A DNA stretch of 64,000 bases from Candidatus Omnitrophota bacterium (GTDB taxonomy: Bacteria > Omnitrophota > Omnitrophia > Omnitrophales > Aquincolibacteriaceae): contig JAKLFP010000001.1 in the NCBI GenBank assembly GCA_022711115.1, forward strand, positions 197,183 through 261,182, written 5' to 3'. The notes below the pieces were generated by a model, which worked only from the letters and a program-made list of their open reading frames with translations, was not told where the DNA came from and searched no databases. Position 1 is the stretch's first letter; every line of letters starts with the position of its first letter. This document shows positions 56,136-64,000 of the stretch, in pieces. The position numbers were made by a program, and so were the translations under genes.

Positions 56136-56648
56136 TTACTGTTTACGAAAAGAGTCTATTTTTTGTTCCAAACGCCCGACTTCTCTCCTGATTTTGAAAT
56201 GAAGCTCTTTAAAGCCGTCTTCCATCATTCGCATTTTCTCGTATTCCATACCGCCTAAAGCGACATATTCCCGGATTTTTTCGAGTTCTCCTTCATCGAA
56301 CCAAGTCCCATGCTCGAAACATTTATCGATAACAATTCCAGAATAAGTCCCCCATATTTTCCGGTTCATCAATTCTTTGCAGACAGGACAGGAAACATAC
56401 TGAACAGGCTTGAGACGACCCAACGGTTTATAAGATCTATGAAGCCTTTTCAGCTCATCCATGGTGAAGGCTGCCGGCTTAATCCCAAGCAACTCTCTTT
56501 CCGCCCAGATATCCACCCAGACACCTTTACATTGTCCGCAAAAATCGATTTCCCAGCCTTCCTCAACCGCTGCCGTCAGTAAATTTGAACACCTAGGACA
56601 AACTAATGTTTGGCCTGCTCGCTTTGCGATTTTTTGATCTGTTTCCAT
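56136..56648 (-). CDS. Tandem TFIIB-type zinc-ribbon (zf-TFIIB, PF13453-like) protein
   Basis: two repeats CPRC...CGQCKGVWVD and CPVCK...DKCFEHGTWFDEGELEKI; start set at METDQKIA. Confidence 0.7.
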   Translation of the reverse strand: METDQKIAKRAGQTLVCPRCSNLLTAAVEEGWEIDFCGQCKGVWVDIWAERELLGIKPAAFTMDELKRLHRSYKPLGRLKPVQYVSCPVCKELMNRKIWGTYSGIVIDKCFEHGTWFDEGELEKIREYVALGGMEYEKMRMMEDGFKELHFKIRREVGRLEQKIDSFRKQ

Positions 56649-56896
56649 GGGGTCTCCTTTTCTGAAAATATTATTTTTAAAGAAATTGCTTTTTAAGATC
56701 AGGGGCAATCACGCGCCCCAAAGTTTTAATCTTAGAATAGAACGATACAAAAACTTTTTACAGCGGCCAGGCCGCCTCACAGGAATGATGCGCAAAGGAA
56801 GAATCCATCAATAAAACAACTGGGAAAAGCTTTAAAAAGATAACATCCCTTTGCAATCGGTACAATGTGGAGTTTCAAGATTTTTTATCAAAAATA

Positions 56897-56927
56897 CTTC
56901 TGATGATTTTGCCAGTTCAATCAGAAG
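56897..56927 (-). terminator. Hairpin (8-bp stem CTTCTGAT/ATCAGAAG, 15-nt loop) followed on the minus strand by a U-rich tract
   Basis: read directly; ~200 nt downstream of arfB stop; long loop lowers confidence. Confidence 0.35.
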
Positions 56928-57126
56928 ATTTTGATATCGACTTCTAACAATATGAAACAATCAAGATAGCTTGAAACTATTTTTCATTTCCTTCTAAATT
57001 TTTTGTTCTTTTCCGGAGTGCTTGCCTTGGCTTTTGGGGATGGAGATGCTTCTGATTTTCTATAAACCTATCTTTGAAAAAAGCGGTTGTTGAAACCGTC
57101 TTTTGGGAATCATGGTTCAAGGATGT

Positions 57127-57540
57127 TTATTCGTCAGCAGGGCGAGCACGAAGCCGCTTAAGTTCCCCGCGTTTTTGCTTGGCTGCAAGCATCTTATCTT
57201 TGGCTCGCTTGGAACGTTTACGTTTTTGGCGTCGGATCTTGAAGATCCGCTTGCTTTCTTCGCTCTCCCGACCGAGGGACTGCGTTTCCAATTTATCCGC
57301 AAGCATCCGGCGCGCCCAGTACCGGTTCATGGCCTGCGTACGTTCTTTTTGGCATCTTATAGAAAGACCTGTGGGGATGTGCTTGAGAATCACACATGTG
57401 GCGACTTTATTGACATTTTGACCTCCAGGTCCTCCGGAACAAACAAATGATTCTTCAAGATCTGATTCACGAATTCCAAGCCGCGCTAATCGCCCTATAA
57501 GTTCTTGCTGTTTCTTTTCAGTCACCGGATAAATATTCAT
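57127..57540 (-). CDS. arfB: Alternative ribosome-rescue factor ArfB (RF-1-domain peptidyl-tRNA hydrolase, GGQ)
   Basis: 137 aa; SGGPGGQNVNKV and basic C-terminal tail, as in E. coli ArfB/YaeJ. Confidence 0.85.
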   Translation of the reverse strand: MNIYPVTEKKQQELIGRLARLGIRESDLEESFVCSGGPGGQNVNKVATCVILKHIPTGLSIRCQKERTQAMNRYWARRMLADKLETQSLGRESEESKRIFKIRRQKRKRSKRAKDKMLAAKQKRGELKRLRARPADE

Positions 57541-57965
57541 TGAATCTTCCCAGAAAGTTTGCCAGTGGATTGTTTCTTTTTGAAAAAGAGCCAGTTTTTT
57601 TCTTGAGCCAGGCCCGATTTTAATTTGATAAGGCAGTACACGCCTTTCAGTTTTTTCCCTTTCAACTCCACAAGAATCTCATGAGACCCCATTTTGACCG
57701 GCACATAATGTCCCCGGTCCCATATTTCAACTGTGCCCGCACCGTAGGCACCACCGGGGATAACCCCTTCAAAATCGGCATATTCCAACGGATGGTCCTC
57801 AACCCGGATCGCCAGACGCCGGACACCTTCTTCCGTGGAAGGTTCTTTGGGGACCGCCCAACTTTTGAGAGCCCCTTTCATTTCCAGACGCAGATCGTAA
57901 TGCAAATGAGTCGCCCGGTGTTTGTGAATAACAAAAATAGGATGTTTCTGTTTTCGGCTGAGCAT
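57537..57965 (-). CDS. Stand-alone LigD-type 3'-phosphoesterase (PE) domain protein
   Basis: 142 aa; HKHRATHLHYDLRLE...LKSWAVPKEPS...RLAIRVEDHPLEYADFEGVIP..YGAGTVEIWDRG matches the LigD PE signature; stop overlaps arfB start (ATGA). Confidence 0.85.
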   Translation of the reverse strand: MLSRKQKHPIFVIHKHRATHLHYDLRLEMKGALKSWAVPKEPSTEEGVRRLAIRVEDHPLEYADFEGVIPGGAYGAGTVEIWDRGHYVPVKMGSHEILVELKGKKLKGVYCLIKLKSGLAQEKNWLFFKKKQSTGKLSGKIQ

Positions 57966-58026
57966 CGTTGTTGTTTCTCTGCAAGTTAAGAACTATGCTT
58001 CCCTGCCAGCACTGTCCCCGGCCTAC

Positions 58027-59778
58027 TCAAACATAAGGAACATAAAGCGGTTCATACATTTGACTTTGGAGATAAGCTCGCAAGTTTTTGGGACGAGGTT
58101 TCCCGGCAAGTTTTTGTTGGTAAGCCACTGACGCAATCGCTTCGGCAATGGCTAAAGAAACCTTGCGGATTTGATTCAAAGGCGGATAAAGAGTGCCGCT
58201 TTTAAAGTCCTCTTCTGTAACCAGTTCGGCTAGCGTCTTTGCGGCCACGAAAAACATTTCATCCGTCACATGCTTGATATGACAAGTCGTGATCCCCAAT
58301 CCCATACCCGGGAAAATATAGGCATTATTACTTTGTCCTGGCTTGAGAAGTTTTCCGCCGTAATTTACCGGAGCGAACGGACTGCCGCTGGCAAAAATAG
58401 CCTGTCCTTGTGTGAATTCATAAGCCTCGCTTGCCGTACATTCCGAGCGGCTGTTCGGATTGGACATTGCGAAAATAATCGGCCTCGGATTTATCCGAGC
58501 CATGGCTTCCAGAACCGCTTTTGTAAAAATTCCCTGTTGCCCGCTCGTGCCAAAAAGTGCCGTGGGTTTTACAAGTTCAATGGCACCCAGACAATCCGCG
58601 GCTCCGGAACCGTCGAATGCAAAGGCTCGTTTTCGTTCTGTGAGGTCCGTACGGCTCGAAATCACAAGCCCTTTGGAATCCACAAATAAACAACGCCGGC
58701 GCGCTTCGATCTCGCTCAAGCCTTCGCGCTTCATCGCGGCCACAATCAATTCCCCGATCCCAAGTCCTGCCTCGCCGGCACCCACAAAAAGGATTTTTTG
58801 ATCTTTAAGACGTCCGACCGAACTTTTTATTTCTTTTCCGAAATAGTAGTTTGGACGACCCCAATCTCCGCTTCGCTGCGATTGATCGGTATTGAGACCG
58901 CCTTGAATCATCGCCGCGGAATAAAGCCCGGCGAGTGCCACGCTTGCGGTCCCCTGAATATCATCATTGAACATACACGCGCGATCCCGGTATTTCGCCA
59001 AAAGACGGAAGGCGTTTTCATTCGCAAAATCCTCGAATTGAATCAGGACATGGGGAAAAACTTCGCGGGCCGCGGTCACAAATTCCTCGATCAGATCGTC
59101 GTACGCTTTCCCTCGCAGACGCCGGTCCGTAATCCCGATATACATCGGATCCTTTAAGAGCGCCTCGTTATTCGTTCCAACGTCCAGGGTCACGGGAAGA
59201 CATTGCTCCGGATGGATCCCAGCGCACGCGGTGTAAAGCATCAGCTTCCCCACGGGAATTCCCATGCCGTCCACTCCGAGGTCACCGAGCCCAAGAATCC
59301 TTTCTCCGTCCGTCACGACGATCACACGCACATCTTTCAAAGGCCACTGCTTCAGGATTTTCCGCATTCGTCCTTTATGCTGTGCGGTAAGAAACAATCC
59401 TTGGGTACTGCTCCTGAAAATGTGGCCGTATTCCAGGCAGGCCTGTCCCACTGTCGGGGTATAAACAATCGGCATCACTTCTTCAAGATGATCAATAAGC
59501 ACCCTGTAGAAAAGCGTTTTGTTGCGGTCATGAAGCGCAGTTAGATAAACATATTTTTCCAATGCCGTGCTTTTTCCGCGAATATTATCCATCACACGCA
59601 TGACCTGATTTTTCATGGAATTCACACGCGCCGGAAGAAAACCGAGAAGTCCTAAAGCCTCCCGCTCTTTTTGAGTGAAGGCTGTCCCTTTGTTTAGCAA
59701 AGGATCCCGTAATAAATCTACACCTTTGGGATAAATTTTTTTGATCGTTTTTTTCTTCATAGTTACGGGCACCGTCAA
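58027..59778 (-). CDS. NAD(P)-dependent malic enzyme (large form)
   Basis: 583 aa; malic-enzyme N- and NAD-binding domains; an alternative start MKKKTIKK lies 6 codons in. Confidence 0.9.
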   Translation of the reverse strand: MTVPVTMKKKTIKKIYPKGVDLLRDPLLNKGTAFTQKEREALGLLGFLPARVNSMKNQVMRVMDNIRGKSTALEKYVYLTALHDRNKTLFYRVLIDHLEEVMPIVYTPTVGQACLEYGHIFRSSTQGLFLTAQHKGRMRKILKQWPLKDVRVIVVTDGERILGLGDLGVDGMGIPVGKLMLYTACAGIHPEQCLPVTLDVGTNNEALLKDPMYIGITDRRLRGKAYDDLIEEFVTAAREVFPHVLIQFEDFANENAFRLLAKYRDRACMFNDDIQGTASVALAGLYSAAMIQGGLNTDQSQRSGDWGRPNYYFGKEIKSSVGRLKDQKILFVGAGEAGLGIGELIVAAMKREGLSEIEARRRCLFVDSKGLVISSRTDLTERKRAFAFDGSGAADCLGAIELVKPTALFGTSGQQGIFTKAVLEAMARINPRPIIFAMSNPNSRSECTASEAYEFTQGQAIFASGSPFAPVNYGGKLLKPGQSNNAYIFPGMGLGITTCHIKHVTDEMFFVAAKTLAELVTEEDFKSGTLYPPLNQIRKVSLAIAEAIASVAYQQKLAGKPRPKNLRAYLQSQMYEPLYVPYV

Positions 59779-59870
59779 ATTTTCTTAGATCCCATGATAA
59801 CACCCAACATTTGTATATACCAGCATCGATACGGACAGTATCCGTTAAATTATGCCCGCGAGTTGTTTTT

Positions 59871-61007
59871 TCAAAACGTGAGGTGCGGTTCGGCCTTTTT
59901 CAGGAGTTTCGTCAGTTTTCCAAGGTCGGCAAGAGAACGGATCCGGACGCCTGCTTCACGGAATGCCATGATGCGGTCGACCATCACCTGCCCCAGGCCC
60001 GGAACACGGAGGACCCGCTGCGGGTCATCGGTATTGAGATTCACGGGAAAAAATTCCGGATGTTCCTTGGCCCACATTTCTTTCGGATCGGCTGTAAGAG
60101 AAAGGTTGCCTGCAGGATTCAGCGGGATTTCTCCGGCCTGAAAACCGTATTTACGAATGAGCCAGTCCGCCTGATAAAGACGGTGCTCGCGAACCAGCAG
60201 GTCTTTGTTGGCCGCTTTCGAGTTTTCTCCCGGGAGTTCCGGCGCACCCGCGCCTCTTTGATAAGCGCTGAAGTAAACGCGTGAAAGTCTCAACTGTTTA
60301 TACAATTTCCAGGAATACCCCAGGATCTCTTTGTCCGTTTCCGTAGAAGCACCCACCACAAATTGCGTCGTCTGTTTGATCCCAGAGTAATCCGATCCTT
60401 TCGCGGTCAGCTTGCTGATCAACTGGATCGGCCGGAGGATATCACGCTGATAGTTTTTAGTGGTACTGAGATATTTAAAATTCGCTTCGCCCGCAGTCTC
60501 GATATTGAGCGACACAGCCGTGGCAAGTGAAAGACTTTGACGGATTGCGGCATCGGACGCACCGGGAATGATCTTTAAATGAATATAACCTTTGAATTGT
60601 GTTTTTCGAAGCTGGAGTGCCACGCGGTTGATGTGTTCCATGGTGGTGTCCGGGTCTTTCGAGACCGCACTCGACAAAAAAAGACCGCTGACTTTTCGGG
60701 CATGGTAATACGAAAGAAATGTCCGGGTCAATTCCTCGGGACTTAAACTGCAACGCCTAGCGTCCGCACCGGCCCGGAGCGGGCAGTATTTGCAGTTGTT
60801 GACGCATTCGTTGGAAAGAAGTGTTTTAAAAAGAAAAGTCCTTCCGCCGTTGGGAAGAATGACTGGATAGATCCATTTGTCTTCTTGGGAACGGCGGCGA
60901 TGTTCGTTCTCCCGTGTCGCGCAGGCGCAGGCAAGATCATATTGGGAATCGCGGGACAGGATCGCGAGTTTTTCTTCCGCGGCGGGACTTCTAAAAATGC
61001 CGACCAT
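59871..61007 (-). CDS. Putative DNA modification/repair radical SAM protein with C-terminal helix-hairpin-helix
   Basis: 378 aa; CVNNCKYC (Cx3Cx2C); C-terminal HhH RVPGLGQVMVDRIMAFREAG; resembles the rSAM partner of the UDG-like two-gene DNA-repair cassette. Confidence 0.75.
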   Translation of the reverse strand: MVGIFRSPAAEEKLAILSRDSQYDLACACATRENEHRRRSQEDKWIYPVILPNGGRTFLFKTLLSNECVNNCKYCPLRAGADARRCSLSPEELTRTFLSYYHARKVSGLFLSSAVSKDPDTTMEHINRVALQLRKTQFKGYIHLKIIPGASDAAIRQSLSLATAVSLNIETAGEANFKYLSTTKNYQRDILRPIQLISKLTAKGSDYSGIKQTTQFVVGASTETDKEILGYSWKLYKQLRLSRVYFSAYQRGAGAPELPGENSKAANKDLLVREHRLYQADWLIRKYGFQAGEIPLNPAGNLSLTADPKEMWAKEHPEFFPVNLNTDDPQRVLRVPGLGQVMVDRIMAFREAGVRIRSLADLGKLTKLLKKAEPHLTF

Positions 61008-61105
61008 AAATAACCTCCCCGGGATTGCCCCGGTCTTGAGTGGATTTTGCTGTGTTGGCCCGAACCTTCGGGGATATGTTTAACGGCAGGTTTTTTTTAA
61101 TTTAC

Positions 61106-61125
61106 ATATAGCAAAATATAGCAAA
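61106..61125. repeat. Perfect tandem direct repeat ATATAGCAAA x2 in the promoter region of the rSAM gene
   Basis: read directly: acATATAGCAAAATATAGCAAAttgcatg, preceded by a T8 tract. Confidence 0.6.
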
Positions 61126-61197
61126 TTGCATGACGAAAAAAGTTGCGACCAGGCGAAAACATCGAACTCCTCGTGAAGGCCTGGTTTGCAGCGAATT

Positions 61198-61596
61198 CTA
61201 GAACCGTTTCCGGTTTAACATCGAAAGCCGCTCTTGGATCTGCTTGATCATGTCCAAGCATGCCTGCATAGCTTTCGAGGCTTGAGCGGCATCCTCTGCT
61301 GAATCTCCCAAAGCACTATAGGTATTCGCGGATTTTTCGAAAAGCTGCCCGGCCTGAATAAAAAGGTTCATCGCTGCTTTCAGATTCCCGCGGTTCGATG
61401 GATTTCTTTGGACCAATTCAAAAGCCTGTTGCTGAAGCCGGATCGCGACCGTGGCATCATTATCCGCCTGGGATTTATAAGACTCGGGCGACATGGCGCC
61501 GAATCCCAAAGGCGAAAAGGCGATTAGTGTCACTCCCAAAAAAACCAAAAAAATTTTCACCCAAAACTCCTTTTTGTTTGAGGTTGCTAAAAGCAC
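61198..61596 (-). CDS. Hypothetical exported protein
   Basis: 132 aa; signal-peptide-like FLVFLGVTLIAFSPLGFGA. Confidence 0.5.
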   Translation of the reverse strand: MLLATSNKKEFWVKIFLVFLGVTLIAFSPLGFGAMSPESYKSQADNDATVAIRLQQQAFELVQRNPSNRGNLKAAMNLFIQAGQLFEKSANTYSALGDSAEDAAQASKAMQACLDMIKQIQERLSMLNRKRF

Positions 61597-61633
61597 CGTC
61601 GCATTGAACGGTACACGGTACTATGTTACGGCT

Positions 61634-62575
61634 TTATCTGAAATAAGGACATCGATCCGGCAAAGGACGAAAAACGCAGCTTTCATCGCAGGGAACGATC
61701 CGGACTGTCGCTTCGCATCCTGGCATGTTGTTCCGAAGGTCCTTTTCAATCCTATCAGAAATCCGATAGGCCTCGGGAAAAGATATCTGTCGCGGTAAAA
61801 TCACACTGCATTCTACAAACTTTTTCCGGCCCGAACTCCGGCTGCGAATGTCCCGGAACTCGCAACATTGTCCCAGATATTTTCCGAGCTGCTTCATCAC
61901 CTCCATTTTACTGTCTTCCTCGAGGGAGGCGTCCAAGAGCTTTAAAAAAGCGTGTCGGGTCATTTGAAAAGAAGGGATGGTGATCCAAGCGCCGACAATG
62001 AGCGTGGCCACAGGATCCAGATAAACCGTCCAGGATCTTAAAGGCGTCGGCATCAAAAGTATCAGAAGCAAAAATGCGGCCGCAATCGTCAGGGAAATAA
62101 AACCCTCCAGCTTATAATGAATGCCTTCAGCACGAACCGCCGGCGAATGACAGACAGCTGCGAGGGAGAGGATCCAGGCCGAACCGATAAAATTGACCGC
62201 AACGCTGACGATGCTGAACCCGAAACCCAGCCAGGGCACGCCGATCTCGGACGGATGATAAATATGGATCACGGCCTGGACCGACATCACAAGCGCAATC
62301 CCGATCAGGACGATCCCCTCGACAGCTTCGCAGATGTGTTCTATCTTCCCGTACCCGTAATTGTGAACAAGGTCCGCCGGACGGTTCGAAACCTTGACCG
62401 ACTGATAGAGAACAACGGAAATAATCAGCCCCACCACGGTAATCCCTAAATCGGTCGCGATAGCCAGCGAATGGACAAGAAGCAAGGCCACAAGCTTCAC
62501 GGCAAAAAGAAATGCGTTACCCGCCAGACTGATCCGCGCGGCCTTGAGCATCGCCGCCTGCTTGGCCCCTTTCAT
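61634..62575 (-). CDS. Cation diffusion facilitator (CDF) family metal efflux transporter
   Basis: 313 aa; six TM helices, TM2/TM5 His/Asp metal-site context, Cys-rich C-terminus. Confidence 0.85.
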   Translation of the reverse strand: MKGAKQAAMLKAARISLAGNAFLFAVKLVALLLVHSLAIATDLGITVVGLIISVVLYQSVKVSNRPADLVHNYGYGKIEHICEAVEGIVLIGIALVMSVQAVIHIYHPSEIGVPWLGFGFSIVSVAVNFIGSAWILSLAAVCHSPAVRAEGIHYKLEGFISLTIAAAFLLLILLMPTPLRSWTVYLDPVATLIVGAWITIPSFQMTRHAFLKLLDASLEEDSKMEVMKQLGKYLGQCCEFRDIRSRSSGRKKFVECSVILPRQISFPEAYRISDRIEKDLRNNMPGCEATVRIVPCDESCVFRPLPDRCPYFR

Positions 62576-62639
62576 CCTAGTTAAACCTTCCTTCCTTTGA
62601 AAAGCTCCTGCCGTTTAAAAATAAAATAGGATCGTTGCA

Positions 62640-63161
62640 TTAATGTCTTGAGGAACTCTGGCTCGCTTTTTTCTTAAGCCAGTCCTGCAGGATCTGAGTC
62701 CCGACTTCCGTCCACGTCGGAGCTTGGGGAGACGGCACGCGAGCTTGCGTCTTCCGTTCCTCCGGAACAAGATCGATATCCATGGTGGAGGTAATCCCTT
62801 TTTCGATCTTAACGGTCTGAGTCTCCTCACGGTGGAGCGGCGCAACGAATTTGACAACGTAATTACCGGGGCTAAGTGCTTCGGCTTTGTAATAACCTTT
62901 GATATCCGTCTTGACTGTACTGGCCACAGCTCCCTCCGCGTCCTTGATCTCAACTGAGACCAACTGTAACGGACGGGCAATCCTCGCGTCCCGAACAATG
63001 CCCTGGAGACTCCCGTGGTCACCGCCTGAAAAAATATGGCTTTTGAGGGAATAAATACCGCATGTGATCGAGATGATCCCGGCCAGAAAAGCAATAATAA
63101 CATTCATCTTTTGAAAATGCGAAATCGTGGACCGTGGCAATGGATGGGTCGGAGTATTCAT
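62640..63161 (-). CDS. Membrane-anchored carboxypeptidase-regulatory-like (transthyretin-fold) domain protein
   Basis: 173 aa; TM anchor, then SLQGIVRDA...GYYKAEALSPGNYVVKF beta-sandwich pattern. Confidence 0.55.
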   Translation of the reverse strand: MNTPTHPLPRSTISHFQKMNVIIAFLAGIISITCGIYSLKSHIFSGGDHGSLQGIVRDARIARPLQLVSVEIKDAEGAVASTVKTDIKGYYKAEALSPGNYVVKFVAPLHREETQTVKIEKGITSTMDIDLVPEERKTQARVPSPQAPTWTEVGTQILQDWLKKKASQSSSRH

Positions 63162-63359
63162 GAGAGTAATACCGCCTCAATTGTTTTTTGATCTGAAAAG
63201 AACCCGAACATAATCTGTTTCTGGTTGCGTATTATAAAAGAATCCCCATCTTTTGTCATAACAGTTTGACACAATCGAAAGGAAGGATGCCGAAAAAAAT
63301 TGAAGGGGTATTTCTTTAGCTGGAAACCACAGGCTAGAGTCTATACGTTATTTTGATCT

Positions 63360-63743
63360 TTAATAGGTCCCAGTCTTCAGCATATGTTCGTCCGAGATCC
63401 CAAAATAATGCGCGAACTCGTGAAGCACGGTGTCCCGAACGGCTGCCCGCATCTCCCGCCGATTGCGACAGGATCGCGTCACAGGTCCCCGAAAAATCGT
63501 GATCTTGTCCGGAAGAACGTCCCCGGAATGGTGCGTCCGCTGCCCCAGCGGAACGCCTTCGTAAAGTCCCAAAAGCTCTTCGTCCGTCCCGGTCCCGGAT
63601 TCCTTTTTCTGACGGACCGAGGGTTCCTCCTGGATCACAATATTGATGTTCTCGAGCCTGCGCTTGAATTCTCCCGGAAGGTTTTTTACCGCATCCCGAA
63701 CTAGCGCTTCAAATTCTCCAGCCTGACTCTCTTTTTTTCTCAT
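63360..63743 (-). CDS. Zincin-like metallopeptidase-family protein (HExxH)
   Basis: 127 aa; VLHEFAHYFG. Confidence 0.65.
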   Translation of the reverse strand: MRKKESQAGEFEALVRDAVKNLPGEFKRRLENINIVIQEEPSVRQKKESGTGTDEELLGLYEGVPLGQRTHHSGDVLPDKITIFRGPVTRSCRNRREMRAAVRDTVLHEFAHYFGISDEHMLKTGTY

Positions 63744-63914
63744 GATCCCCGTTCGTTCTCGTAAAGTAGAATGACACTTAGCATATCATACGGGTGCTGA
63801 TGTTTGTTTTTATAAGAATCAATTCCAAACTGCCGTGAAGACAGGTTCAATTAGATCAGCGTGTCTTTTGATACCCGGCATTATTTTATGTTCTATGACG
63901 GAAGAGGCCGCATA

Positions 63915-64000
63915 ATGGAATTGGGAGCACTTGAAGTGATTTCTGGATTGCTGTCTTCAGGAAGCCCTCACCCTCTTCCGTTGTCCTATATGATGGGACT
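63915..64000 (+). CDS. Possible 5' end of a plus-strand gene, truncated by the window
   Basis: ATG after GGAAGAGG, open to the window end: MELGALEVISGLLSSGSPHPLPLSYMMG... Confidence 0.3.
   Translation, partial: MELGALEVISGLLSSGSPHPLPLSYMMG

Overview
This 64-kb window is core bacterial chromosome. Almost everything from 36 to 41,135 is on the minus strand: eno, purN, rsmI, an ispB-like polyprenyl synthase, then the E. coli-like surA-pdxA-rsmA(ksgA) block and a two-end-truncated Mfd. After an aspartate aminotransferase comes a contiguous ribosomal/transcription-translation super-cluster, reading in the minus-strand transcription direction: promoter, tRNA-Thr, tuf, rpmG, tRNA-Trp, secE, nusG, rplKAJL, rpoBC, rpsL-rpsG-fusA, the S10 operon, the spc operon (L30 absent, S14 is the Zn type) with secY-adk-map-infA-rpmJ, and rpsM-rpsK-rpsD-rpoA-rplQ. 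Several r-proteins (L17, S3, L3, L22, S5) carry Lys/Glu-rich extensions. A complete plus-strand F1Fo ATP synthase operon follows (atpZ-like, atpBEFHAGDC), with a short epsilon that lacks the C-terminal helical domain. Next come pncA-pncB and an OxyR-like LysR regulator divergent from a rhodanese plus DUF77 pair. The right-hand ~11 kb is more accessory-like. It includes a putative six-gene operon with a free-standing tandem NUMOD3 DNA-binding protein, DUF2007, a cupin, a DEDDh exonuclease fused to DUF3820, a small protein and a GDSL lipase. It also holds a tandem TFIIB-type zinc-ribbon protein, a translationally coupled stand-alone LigD-type 3'-phosphoesterase and ArfB ribosome-rescue factor pair, malic enzyme, an orphan DNA-repair radical-SAM/HhH protein with a tandem repeat in its promoter, a CDF transporter and small exported or peptidase-like proteins. 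I found no CRISPR array, no rRNA, no transposase or integrase and no obvious defence island. The candidates I would rank highest are the NUMOD3-exonuclease cluster and the PE-ArfB pair. The two smallest r-protein genes (rpmG, rpmJ) are missing from the ORF track and were recovered by manual translation.
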